21,823 nucleotides of DNA from Trichoplax sp. H2 (lineage: Eukaryota): contig NOWV01000258.1 of NCBI GenBank assembly GCA_003344405.1, positions 62,001 to 83,823 of the forward strand, read 5' to 3'. A program made the position numbers and the translations under genes. Below, one piece after another: positions 9,066-20,962 of this stretch (position 1 is the stretch's first letter; every line of letters starts with the position of its first letter). The notes beneath the pieces are model-generated. The model did no database searches. It saw only the letters and a program-made list of their open reading frames with translations, and was not told the origin of the DNA.

Positions 9066-10619
9066 AACAACTATCGACAGAATAGTATCATGTCTGATAT
9101 TTGGCTGTTTATTTGGATAGAAACTCACCTGAAAGGTTAAGTATTAGTTTGATAATTGCAATGGATTGGGAATCTACTATCAATCGAGCACGAAATGATT
9201 TCAAAGTCAGTCAGCCGAAATCAGTCAGGCCGGAAAAGTCTATCTTAATCAAGTGGACAGGTAGTCTTTTATAATGGCTTCATTTAGGAAATAGGAAAAA
9301 TAACTTTGACACATTACTAAAGCCTATATAGGACCACAATAAGTAAATTATTGGCATAAAGACGTAAGCTTTACATCTTTACAATATACGCTACGAGATT
9401 TTTCATTTTTTTCAATGAAATATCTCAACATAAGAAGAAGCTCCGTCTAAATGAATGGCTACTGTAATCATGACAGCCATATTAGAGCAAATGACATAAA
9501 AATTTTTTTAGTCCATCTTGAATTGGCAAGATTACATCCTAAATAAGCCAAATTAGCTTGACTAAACTTGCTATAACCGAATAAAAGACGGCTTTAATAG
9601 TTTTAATTTGTACTTGATTGTCGTGGATAAAATTATGACACAGTAATACCCAATTAGAAGTGCTGTCGATCAAAATAGAGGCAACTAATGATTTTAAACG
9701 AAACAGAATGCTATAGTGGTATCAAGGTAAAATAACAAAAGTTTTGGAATAGTGGAACTCAATAATAGTATTAAAAATAATTTCAAGAATGTGCGTGGTA
9801 TTGATTCCTTGCTTCACCTCTATTTAAATAGACTTGCTCCATATTGGATGGAACAAGACTCAATGTCTTTATTTGTCTGCATTTTATTTTTTTTTGGAGT
9901 ATGGAATGAGTTAATAATGATCATGAACTATTCGTAACTGAGTCGTTGTCATAGCTAAAATGAGACAGCCATTGACTTTTGCTGGCATCATCTGGAATGG
10001 ATGACAAGTTTTTTTTTAGGAATGGATAAGTCATGGTAACGTGAGGAAACAACAAGATGAATAAACCTTTTTAGGATTAGTGAGAGGAAGATCATTTGAA
10101 GAGTAAACCCTTCAAAGGTTGTAAATGATTGCTTGACTTTTATAAAGGATTGGTCATGAACTCTCCTAGAGAATAGCTGGAAATTTTCAACTGGTAGTCA
10201 CTTTTTAAATCATCGATGTGTATAGATGTTATTATGTAGTATTATATATGTTATGAAATATACTGAATTTGTTTGTAGAAAACTTTTGACAGTATTGGCA
10301 CATGTCTCAATAAACTTTATGGTTCTTATTAGCAACGTTCAATTCAATATTTTGGTAGGCAGGGAACACTATGCTAGTGTAGCATGAAACATTTCTATTG
10401 ACCTTTCAGTCAAGAAAGTACTTTAATCGATAGAAAGATGGCGATTTCTATGGCGTAATTTCTCATCATTTGCTAATGTTATAGATCTAATTGAACAAGA
10501 CAAACAGTGTTAACTAGGCTATACCTGCTAATCTTTCTTTTTAAATATTGGCTCGTTTAATAGATTAATAAAGCTTAGTTACAAGAAATGAATAATTCCA
10601 ATTTCAGGTTATTTGATTC

Positions 10620-11305
10620 CTTTGAGGAATACTCTTAACAGGAAGTAACTATTTGTTTCGGCATTTTACGGCAGTATTAAAATAGAGTTTAATGATTAGG
10701 TTAATGTAGTTTGCTAATCGATCTCCTCACCAAGAGTTCAATTGATGTTTTAATTTAGCATGATGGCGCTTAAATTTCTCAATCTAGGCATTCGTGCCCA
10801 AGCCTATTTTTGTGCAGTACTGATGGAAGTTAATTGGTTTAGGCAAAATAGCTCTAGTTTACTAATCAAATTTTACCAAGTGCTGATTGACTAGTTACTG
10901 AAATTTCTCAATCTAAACATTCGTACCTAAACTAATTTTTTACATCCCTATGTGCCCAAGTATAGTAATGAGGGAGGGAGGGAGATATACGACGGCGCCA
11001 TCTTAGTCCACTACGTTCTAATAAAATTAAAATACTCTCAACAAGAAGTAACCTCTCCTGTTTGTGTTTGCTAGCTATAGTCTTGGAATAAGGTTAAATT
11101 GTTATGGCAAAGTAGGTCTAGTTCGCGCGTCTAACTTTATCAAGTGCTGATTGACTAGGTGCTAGAATTTCTTAATCTAGACATCGGAGCCCAAAACTAT
11201 TTTTGATATCTCTATGTTTTCAAATACATTAAAGAGAGAGGTGTTCGATAGTGCCATTTTAGTTCACTACGCTGTAATAAAATTAAAATGATTCTCAACA
11301 AAGAT
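10620..11305. repeat. Degenerate ~264-bp tandem duplication plus partial copies
   Basis: caagtgctgattgactag at 10877 and 11141; aatttct(c/t)aatcta at about 10773, 10902 and 11166; cactacg...taataaaattaaaat twice. Confidence 0.8.
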
Positions 11306-11656
11306 TGAAATTAATCTTTGCTAGGGCAATGTTACTTGAAATATTTGCTTTGCTAAATGAAATTAAATTAGCTCTTGTTTATAACGCTGTTATTTGACGG
11401 TGTTGGCTAAATGAAATGAAATTCACTCTTGGCTATGTTAATGTTACTTAAAAAATTTGTTTGCTTGAGTAAAATTAAAACTTCTCCTTAAGATATCGCT
11501 ACTTTATGTTTGTTTCGTTGAATGCAATTAAACAACTCTTGGCTAAGCTAATGTTACTTAAAATCGATGTTTTATTGAATAAAATTAAAGTAACTCTTTC
11601 CTACAAGCTTACTTAAACCCTTCCATGAGTGAAATTAAGTGACTCTTAGCTGGGCT
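11305..11656. repeat. ~55-bp satellite with a ~110-bp dimeric period
   Basis: aaattaaa...ctct recurs about every 55 nt; aatgttactt at 11328, 11440 and 11550. Confidence 0.8.
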
Positions 11657-11718
11657 GTCTAAGGCGGAAAAATGAGAAAGCATATCCCCTCGTCGGTTCG
11701 ATATCCTATTACTCCTGA
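11647..11718 (+). pseudogene. Decayed tRNA-Leu-like sequence (tRNA pseudogene or tRNA-derived SINE head)
   Basis: tagctgggctGTCTAAGGCG...GCAtaTCCCCT-CGTcGGTTCGAtATCCtattACTCCTGA is colinear with metazoan tRNA-Leu(CAG) as I recall it. The acceptor and anticodon stems do not pair. Confidence 0.45.
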
Positions 11719-12099
11719 TTTAATCTTTTCCTACAAAATAAACAGCATCATTTTTCAACATGCCCAGAAGTTTGGCACTGAGTATGGTATAACTACGTCA
11801 AACTGAGAATAGAAAATTGTCGACTGCGGTATGCTATTAAACATAGGATAAATCATTTTAATTTAATTACACCCCAGGAAAGAAATATAAAAGTGGAGAT
11901 AAAGTAAATTGAACCATTTAGCCATCATCAAGCTGATGATTTTATCAATGACTTTGTCCTATTGACTAAAGAGAACAATCTTCGATGACCAATAAAGGAT
12001 AAAGTTAACTACATAATCGAGCTTTTTTTACGGATAAAGTAGAATTATAAAAGAACAGTTAAGCATAGAATAAAAGACTTTAGCACAGATCTCCTTGAT

Positions 12100-12455
12100 T
12101 ATTAGAATAGTGAAAATTCAAGGGGATATTGATGCTTTCTTACCATTCCAACAGCAATTAGAAATAGCTTTATAGGATACTTTATTGTCATGATCGTATT
12201 AAACAAGTGCTTATACTATCACGGAAGTGTAGAGATGTAAAATGAGTGTCTAAGTTGAAGAATGGATGCTTAAGTTCTCGATAATCAGAATAGTCAAAAT
12301 TGGAGGGGGAGTTTATGCTTCGTTTACGGTTACAGTAACAATTAGGAATAGCTCTATAGGATAATTTATTGTTATCATCCTTTAAACTAATCGTTTATAT
12401 TATCATTGGAAAGTAGAACCATGTAATGAGTAACTATGTTGAAGAAAGAATGTGA
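12100..12455. repeat. Diverged ~184-bp tandem duplication (2 copies)
   Basis: caattag(a/g)aatagct(t/c)tataggata(c/a)tttattgt at 12155 and 12339; agaatagt(g/c)aaaatt and aatgagt...gttgaagaa also appear twice in register. Confidence 0.8.
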
Positions 12456-15400
12456 TTTGGCAACTGGAGCTATAGCAAAATTATTCTAGGTATGAGTACA
12501 TAGGAGATGAAGAGAGAGGGATGGCTAGTCAACAAGATTGCGATCATGTTTAATTTAATTAATATCATTAACTCATTTGATTCTCAAATAGCTGATATAA
12601 AGAATAGAGCTCTATTCGCTGTGAAAATCTAGATCATGATCATGTTTAGTTTTATAACATTATTTCATTTTTGGTTTTCCCGTTTAATCTTGACTCTACG
12701 TCAGCAATTTTTCGCCACTCTGCTATTCCATATCGGATAGACGAACGTGGAAATGGGTATCATGAAGCATGGAAAGAGTACATTCTCTATTCATGATAGT
12801 CATCACAAGCAAGATCAGTATGTTTTGAACGTCCATTAAAAAAGTAACGATCATCACAAGTGCTGAGTTGATACAACCTCGACTTCAAGATGGCGTTTAT
12901 AAGTGAAGATGAAAAGAAATGATAGTAAATCCAAGGTGATACTACGACTTGCAAAAGCGTAATTAGAGATTGAAAAATTGGGAAATTATGCCGAGAAAAA
13001 AATGACTGTAAGGAATGTCGCTATTGATCAGATAGAAATGAGTTGAGTTGTAATAGTAAGAATTCTTAGCTCTCGGTTCATTAATGTACAACAACTATTA
13101 GTAATGGATGAAACAATTTGGATGGAATGATGACAGATCAGTTCAGGGTATCTAATACATCGAAGCCAATCATGATAATAAACAATTATATTTTGGACGA
13201 TTAGGAAGAATATGATAGTATAGATGGACAACGCCGAATTGAATTCAACGACAGGTTGAAAAGCTTTTACTTTGCTCATGTAGGATAAATTTATCTTTAT
13301 CAATAACAGTTAGAGCAAGAATATCCATTGAATTAGTTGAAGAGTATTGGACTTACTTACCACGTTAGAAAGAAAGAGTGGCCATAAATAAATCACCCAA
13401 TGGAAATAAACCTTGATTTAATGGTGATGGTGGTATAGGAAAAAAATTCAATTTAGCATTCAAGAATGCTCTACTCGACTATAAACTAGCAGACTCTATT
13501 TCTTGAAACAAGTCGCATTAAAATAATAATAGCCTCTTACGCGTCCCTACTAGATGTTTTTGATCGGCTGCTTTAACGCCTTTGTTCGCTCATGAATTAA
13601 TATAATGTGTAGCTATTCCAAGATGGCGGTCTCTTAGCTACAAGCATCAATTAAAATTCAATACATTTCTGCAATTCAATGCGTTACTTAAAGTCAATAA
13701 TTAGCCTACCCAATAAGGGTTGGACCTTGTCAACAAAAGACGACTAATGACAATATAGGAGTAAATAATGGCTGATTGATTTGGCCTCCCTCCAATACGA
13801 TTAAGTCAGCGTGCAGTTTACACTACTAGGAAATTCTTCATCCTTAATTTGCAACCGCGATCAACTATTTAGTTTGTTCACTAACAATGATCAAGAGGAT
13901 TGACTAATGGAGACATTATTATACCTATTGATCCAACACACTCTAAGTTCAGAGTAGACAACAGCTACTATTTTTAGTCTCAGCGTGGTCTGTTATACCA
14001 ACTTTTGACCTCGTTTGATGATTCAATTTTCTTCACCGTAGCCATGCTGAAACAATCCCTATCCAGATACCTAACATTGGCAATGAAATTCAGCATCATC
14101 TGAGTCTATACAAGGACAGGCTAAAGACTACGGATAGAAAATAACTTGTCAATGACGAGAGGAAATCAGTCTTGTCCATGATTTTAGCAACCCTTCCACT
14201 GTTGCTCTAACTTACACTACCAACCAATCAAAAGATCAACCTATTTTACAATCACTATCCAAGGCGTGCCTCCCGTTTATACGTGTTTTATTTGTAGAGC
14301 AATCAGTGTCATAAATTTACTCTAACTGACTCAAATGCTAACAAAGACGATAGAACGAGTTATTCAATTTGCTAACATAGCCCTCCAATAGGTCATGCTT
14401 ATTGGTAAGTGTCTATGAGAGTCTGTTCATGGAAGAGATAGCTACTGCAGCTTTAAAGAGAAGAACTTATTGATGTTATCAAATCAACCTTAATCATTCT
14501 TAGTCTAGTCTATGGATTTGAGAGACACATTATCTCAAGCTTATACCTTAATCTTACTGCTCTTTTTTCAATCATGAAATATTGCTCATATATTAAAGTG
14601 ATTTTTCACCCTCTAATTAGTCCTGTCATAGCTTCGTCAAAATAGTAAACTGTACTAAATTCGGAGGTACTTTTAAGTATTTTACAATAGCGGTAAATGA
14701 TAAAGATTGATCGATATTATCGCATATAGCAAGCACTGATCGTTAAAAGTATGACATTTTAATGTAAGCAAAATCACTCATTACTGAAAATACACGTATA
14801 ACTATAATGTATACGGTTTCCTCCCAGATTAATAAATACTTATAGTAAAATACTGCAACGATATACAGTTTACGTCTTTATTGTAAGTAAAGTTTCTTTT
14901 CTATTGCCAATGATAGATCCAATTGTGATTTTAATTAGTTAAATATATAGGTAGTATTCTGTCATGATCTAATTCTATTTTACGGTCTTGATGTTTCGCT
15001 CAAATAGATAATTTTAATGGCTATTTGCAACTGCAAGATGGTACACTCTACGATACAAGAAATATTAGTAAAACAATGACATGATAGTACTTAATTATCT
15101 TTAAAGCCTATCTAAATTTTCTTGCGATATTACAAAGTCTAATCATGATATTTTTAAATATAAATTAGAGTTTATCATTTATCATTTTCTAATTTTGTAT
15201 TGTGTTGGATTTATACTACCAAAAAAACCTTACAGGTTACATATCTTGCCAAATATCAGGTTATCGATAGACGACTAATCGAGAATGCTATTACCTTAGT
15301 ATCAAAAAGCGTACAATCTGCCTCAGGAAACTTTAAGACGTATATCTATACGATATTATTTGAAATTCTCGAATCTTAAAAGTTATAGTCTAACTAATAA

Positions 15401-15730
15401 ATTGATATCTCAGAAAATGGATCAGATAAATTACTTTAATGACTCATGATTAGTCCTTTAATGGGACTAATTATTGTCTGAACTTGTTGATTGATAATAA
15501 AGGCTCCATAACAACAAAAATATTGACATACTGCTGTTGTTCTGCCTTTCTCACATTATGATGTTACGAGTTAAGATGGCAATAATCCGTATATAATGAT
15601 CAATTACGAATTACGTGGCTAATAATCAATGATATCACCAATTGCCAGTGGTGATATATTCAAATGTTTAAGTGGTAGTAGAAACGAGCTATTCGATTTC
15701 TATCCATTTTGGCCTACCTCGTATAGTCTA

Positions 15731-15769
15731 CCCCCCCCCCCCCCNNNNNNNNNNNNNNNNNNNNCCCCC
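15731..15769. repeat. Poly-C homopolymer interrupted by a 20-N gap
   Basis: C14 (15731-15744), N20 (15745-15764), C5 (15765-15769). Confidence 0.9.
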
Positions 15770-18700
15770 TATTGCATTACCCTTTGTCATCGTCATCAAA
15801 TTAACGCCAACAGGAACTTATTAAGATTAATAAGACTATTCCATATAAACATTTTGGCTATGTATCATTCGCTATGGAATAACGAAATTGCTATGAGGTA
15901 GTCATGGCAGATTTACTGGTAGAATAAAATGCCTTATTCAATTAATGGTAATATCATTTATTCTTATCCTGATGTGCAACTTAAGAAAATATTTGCTATA
16001 TTTGATATTACATGTACTATCTTGCTACTATAAATCTGTCTTGATGACTTTGGTCTAGATCTATTTGCAGTCATTAATTTGAATATGTCAACTTCACAAA
16101 TTAGTTTATTTCTCATGCATATCGGCACTTCCAGTAACTTTGAAGCTGGTTTATGTGCGTATTACTAAGAAAGCTCAGCATAGGTTATTAGCAGGCAAGC
16201 ATGTCATTATTTCATAGTGCTGTAGAGAATCTTTGACAAGAAGTGTAAATAAGGAATAAAAAAGTGAACTTCCTGGATGTTAAGAATACCAGCGAGCAAA
16301 AAATTAACCTTGTTGAAATAGTCAACATGACCGATAACTAGAATGAACTCAATTATGGACGTTATGAAACTTCTAATTATTGTTTGAAATGCGGCCTGTT
16401 TACAAGTTTTACCCATTCCTTGTAAGTCGTTTCAACGTGTTACTACTGGAGAATATTTAATGAATGATAATCTAAACGATTAGAGCATATCTGACTTGGC
16501 GATATGAACTGATTGTGAACCGGAACTCTTAAGACATCTAATCGGCATATACTACAGCATGTACTAAAATCTCTGAAAGAAGGCTCGTTAAAATTGATAA
16601 AACGTTAAGTTATAACATAGTTAATAGGCCTGATTTCTTCTTGATAACAGAAAGCTACTTGTGGAAGTCAGTTACTAAGATCGGCTAGACGTTAAAGCTA
16701 TAAGACAGAAAATAAACTTTGATTTCTTATTGATATCGGAAACCATTTGTAGAAATTGGTTATAAACATGATGAACAAGCATGATGACCATCCATTTTCC
16801 ATTTTTACTGATCACTGTCAGATACCTCACAATAATTAATTATTTGTGTATTACCTCAAATATTGATCATATTACATCAAGAACTCATTGGAGTTAGTCG
16901 AGTTAGTTTACTTGTAGTTACCGATCGTTTTAGACAACCTATAGGCTTTGATTTTAAGATTGTAGTATTGGGTAAAAAGCTACTGCTCACTTCGTTATGG
17001 TAATTGGGATGGTAATTAACCTGCCAATAAATTATAGCACTGCAGCTGATTCAAAATATTCCATTATGTTAATAAGATAAATCGTCGTGCGCTCTAAGCT
17101 TGCAACCAGTGCTGACTACGGGTTTTATTAGTTGCTGAAAATTGGAATATTAATCAGTTGGTATTCCAATGTTAGATTATGTCAAGGTAAACACAGTAAG
17201 GATTCCAATCTCAGTGGAAATCACAATCTACTTTATAAACTGTCAGATCACAGGTTAAATCGATCTGGGTGCTTAAATTCGTTTAGCTATATGAGCCAAT
17301 TCATCTTTAACAATTAACCAAATTAATGTCGTAAGAAAATTTTATTCCTACTAATTAAAATATAATCCAATCCTTTTAGATTTATTGCTTTAAAGTTAAA
17401 CTAATTAACTCCAGGACATTGAGTTTAAGTTCTAATCACACTTCTAAAGACGTTACTTGATTCCACAATTGGCTTTCGGCATTATCAAAGCTTAATCAGC
17501 TAGTACTGTTTTAAAATTTCTTGGCATACTGAAGATATGCGCAACAAACTGCTCAAATTGACAAAGACTTTGTAGTCATAAGAGCAAACCTTATAAATTT
17601 TAAAATACAACTTTCGCGGCCTTTTATCTCCCATCCAATGCTATACTGTACTGCAGATCTAGAAACAGATACAAAACATTGACTGAGAAGTAAAATAGAT
17701 GTAGAATTTTACAAATTTTTAAAATGTTGCTTCCGCTAACACTGCCTATAATCCAATTCGTATGCGTATTATGCCGTAGATCTAAAAAACAGGTGTAAAA
17801 TTTGCCTACGGTTGAAGCACTTTGTATAGCTATAATTATTACACTTACAACTAGGTTAGATTCTAGGTAACTCTCAGTGGAATTAGCTACTTTAACGCCA
17901 CATTTCTTGAATTAAAAAAATATCATATAATGATGCCAATTTTTGTATCCCTTTTCTCTTATCTTTTGCTTATCTCTAAATCAATATTGCTAATTTTGAT
18001 TTATTTCTAAATCATCAGGCACTATTAGTGATTAATTTCGCGATACGAGTGCTGTAATTAATTTGTGAATCACTTTGCTCCTTAAGTCTTGCAGCCTGTT
18101 TAATAACACAGCATGAGTAGTGCCTTATGCTATCCCAAATTGATATGATTCTATACCAGCAGAGTGTAAATACCTTGAATTAGCTTTTAACTGTGCTGAA
18201 CGAAGACAGACTATTAGAGTCCTTAAATGGAGTATCAGCACAGAATGACTTAACTCGAATCCCTCGCTCAAGTCGGGTTTCGGGTTGCCTTTTTTTAAGG
18301 ACACTACAAACTATAGATAGAATTTTTGCACGTGTATATAAGTTAGGTGTAGGATCGGAAATTATAGCCTGATCTTTATCGATATCCAATATATTTAATA
18401 TTTATTATTAGCCATAGCAGTAAAATCAAGCTGCTGTTTCGGGTACGCATTTTCTTTCAATTTGATTTTTTTACAGCAGCGGGTATCTTTGCATGATCAG
18501 TCGCAAGCTCACATAAGCAATAACTTAATTAACGACAGTTCGCTTTTTATTTTAATGCACTATCACTAGCCTGGCCGGTATTTAAAGAAGGGCAGATATC
18601 GAGGTTAGCTTACTCGCGTACTCTACTCTGCATATAGAATAATGTTAGTTGTTGTATGATTACACGTGTATGCGCTGTTAAGATTTACGTCGGTATATAA

Positions 18701-19099
18701 TCATAAGATCGATGTACAGCGTCTTAAATTTCGCTTTAGACATTTTAATTGAGAAAAATGTAACTAAAACTAACGTGCAAATCTGTAGTTCATACCGATA
18801 TAGTAATAAATTTCATTTATACTTTTACAAAAATATCTGATACGAAAATAACATGGCTTTAATTATAGTTCAGTAGTAATCGTCGTTGAGCATAGCGGAT
18901 AGAGCTAAGTGGTTGCCTGTGAATAAACAAACGGACCTGCTTTTCATGATCACAGACTGATTTATATTACAGATTTGCAGATATAACTTTGGCTTCAGAT
19001 GTCCCTATAAGCAGATTCTACTGTATTGCTAGAGGTTACATGAAATGATCAGTAGCCCTATCCATTTTACATAAATTGCTTGGTACACTTCGTTGAATT

Positions 19100-19180
19100 T
19101 AAGCTGTCCTACTAATCCATAATTTTTTTATTTTTTTAATACATGACTCTATATGTCTAATACATCAGTAGGACAGCTTA
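19100..19180. mobile_element. Tiny MITE-like inverted-repeat element with TA at both ends
   Basis: Perfect 14-bp inverted repeat taagctgtcctact (19100-19113) / agtaggacagctta (19167-19180) around an AT-rich 53-nt core. Confidence 0.45.
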
Positions 19181-20543
19181 TAAGGCTCGTGATTAAGGTA
19201 TTTTGGGCACATTTGATCACCACAGGCAAGTTCTAATGTACAAGAGAATTTGACGAAATCCTACCCCTTGATTTATTACTATTTCTAAGCGGTGATGATA
19301 ATGTAGTAAAAAATATATATCTATCGATTTCAATACTCTTGTAGGGTATCGATTGGATCATTCAAGTTAAAATGAGAATGGCAAGAGCTTGAATGAGTTA
19401 CAGGCAGGGCTGCAAACAATAATATTGTTCATTATGCTTAAGTTGTTCACCCCAATATTAAATTAGTAACTTGGCCAAAATCGGGTTGATGGTGATAGCG
19501 CCTGTAAAATAATAGGACAAGACTTGAATTTCTTGTTCATCTTCTTTGTATTGGATAAATCGGTTCTACCAAGGTTTACGCTTATTGTTAACGAGTGTGG
19601 GTTTTACTGCTGTATTCCTATGGATATTAAAGTAGCACGATAATAATGTAACTTATAAACATGATCTATTTTGGGACTGCACTACACTAAATATGAGCAA
19701 TAGAGTTCTAGGCGGTATTTGATGGATTGAATAGAGCTACTACTGTACCGTAGATATGTGATTTCCAAGCTAGAATAAAACGTCCATTAAAAGACTAAAG
19801 TATCGCCTGATATTGCATCGACGCTTTTACTCTATCATTTAGCTGATTCACCTTCAGCTCCAGTATTCTACTCTACTTTGCAAATCATAGATACTATTGC
19901 CAATGGCCATCTTTTATCCTAGCAGTACACAACTACGATGACATCATGGTACGGTATATTGGAAGGCAGATGTCTGGCCACAGGGTATTGATGTCATCTC
20001 GCTTGAGAAATGTCAATAAACAGCTAACTCACCATGGTACCAAATTGGGCAACATATTGTGTATTTGCACCATTAGATCCTAGTACTGTAGAGTGTTGTG
20101 CCAGTTCATCAATGACTCATCCGTGCTCATGAATACAACCCTAAGGGAAGTGCAGGACACTGCTCTATCTTCATGGACGACTACGCATCATTTCTACTTA
20201 AGAATTTCTAGTCGTCCATGCACCTACCTACAGTACACCTGTTCGCCACGGTAATACGAGTATATGAAACTATTGAAAAGAATGGCGACTTTTGGTCCAA
20301 ACCGGTCGATATTTACCTTTCCACGGTATTCCTCCAGTTTGAGACTATATCGTAGCATGCATGACTACCATCCTTGGTCGTTGTATTTCTTCATTGAGTG
20401 AAATTAGTTTGAGTTTCGTTGCCTCTAATCAGATTGACTCAATATACAGTAGAATAAGGATACGTATAGCAATATTAGTACAGTAAAAACTTTGTATACC
20501 ATAATCCCGTCCTGATGATATCCGGAATACCTTTATCAACCTA

Positions 20544-20866
20544 CAGTTAGGGACTTCTCAATGATAAACCACACCTCAAAAATTGTAATTTATGACGATT
20601 TTGATATTTTATGATTTTTAGGGTATGATTTATCATTGAGATGTCTCAGAGATTTTCATTAGGATTTTGGGTATGATTTATCATTGATAAGTCCCAGAGA
20701 TTTTCATGACGATTTTGAAATTTGACGATTTTTGGGGTATGATTTATCATTGAGAAGTCCCAGAGATTTTCATGACGATTTTTGGGGTATGATTTATCAT
20801 TGAGAAGTCGCTGACATTTTTATTACGATTTTTGGGGTATGATTTATCATCAAGAAGTCCCTGCTG
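20544..20866. mobile_element. MITE/foldback-like element: one left arm facing five tandem ~50-bp copies of its reverse complement
   Basis: The left arm gggacttctcaatgataaaccacacctcaaaaattgtaa is the reverse complement of the array unit. Core gggtatgatttatcat at 20621, 20669, 20735, 20785 and 20835. Ends are ta|cagttagggac...gtccctgctg|ca. Confidence 0.65.
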
Positions 20867-20962
20867 CAGTACTGTACTGTGTAAAAACATCTTTGCAAAT
20901 ACTGCAAATGGAATGCTTACTTATATAATACTGATATCGGTCAATTGTCGATTTAATCGTCT

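Noticed and set aside
10322..10336. RFX X-box-like GTTCTTATTAGCAAC suggesting a ciliary gene
   Set aside because: A single relaxed match about 3 kb from the start codon, with the TSS unknown; expected by chance.
10970..10984. (GGGA)n as a G-quadruplex
   Set aside because: Only three GGG tracts; it is a short microsatellite expansion in one copy of the 264-bp duplication.
9752..17317. Short ORFs 9752..9937, 13028..13303, 15629..15901, 16207..16416 and 17132..17317
   Set aside because: They have the I/L/F/N-rich composition of random AT-rich DNA, no recognisable domain and no chain of compatible splice sites; one crosses an N-gap.
18180..18389. ORF 18180..18389 (-) and the open plus frame LLTVLNEDRLLESLNG... 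opposite it
   Set aside because: Mildly protein-like, but I found no homology I recognise, no strong donor and no neighbouring exons. It cannot be fully excluded without RNA-seq.
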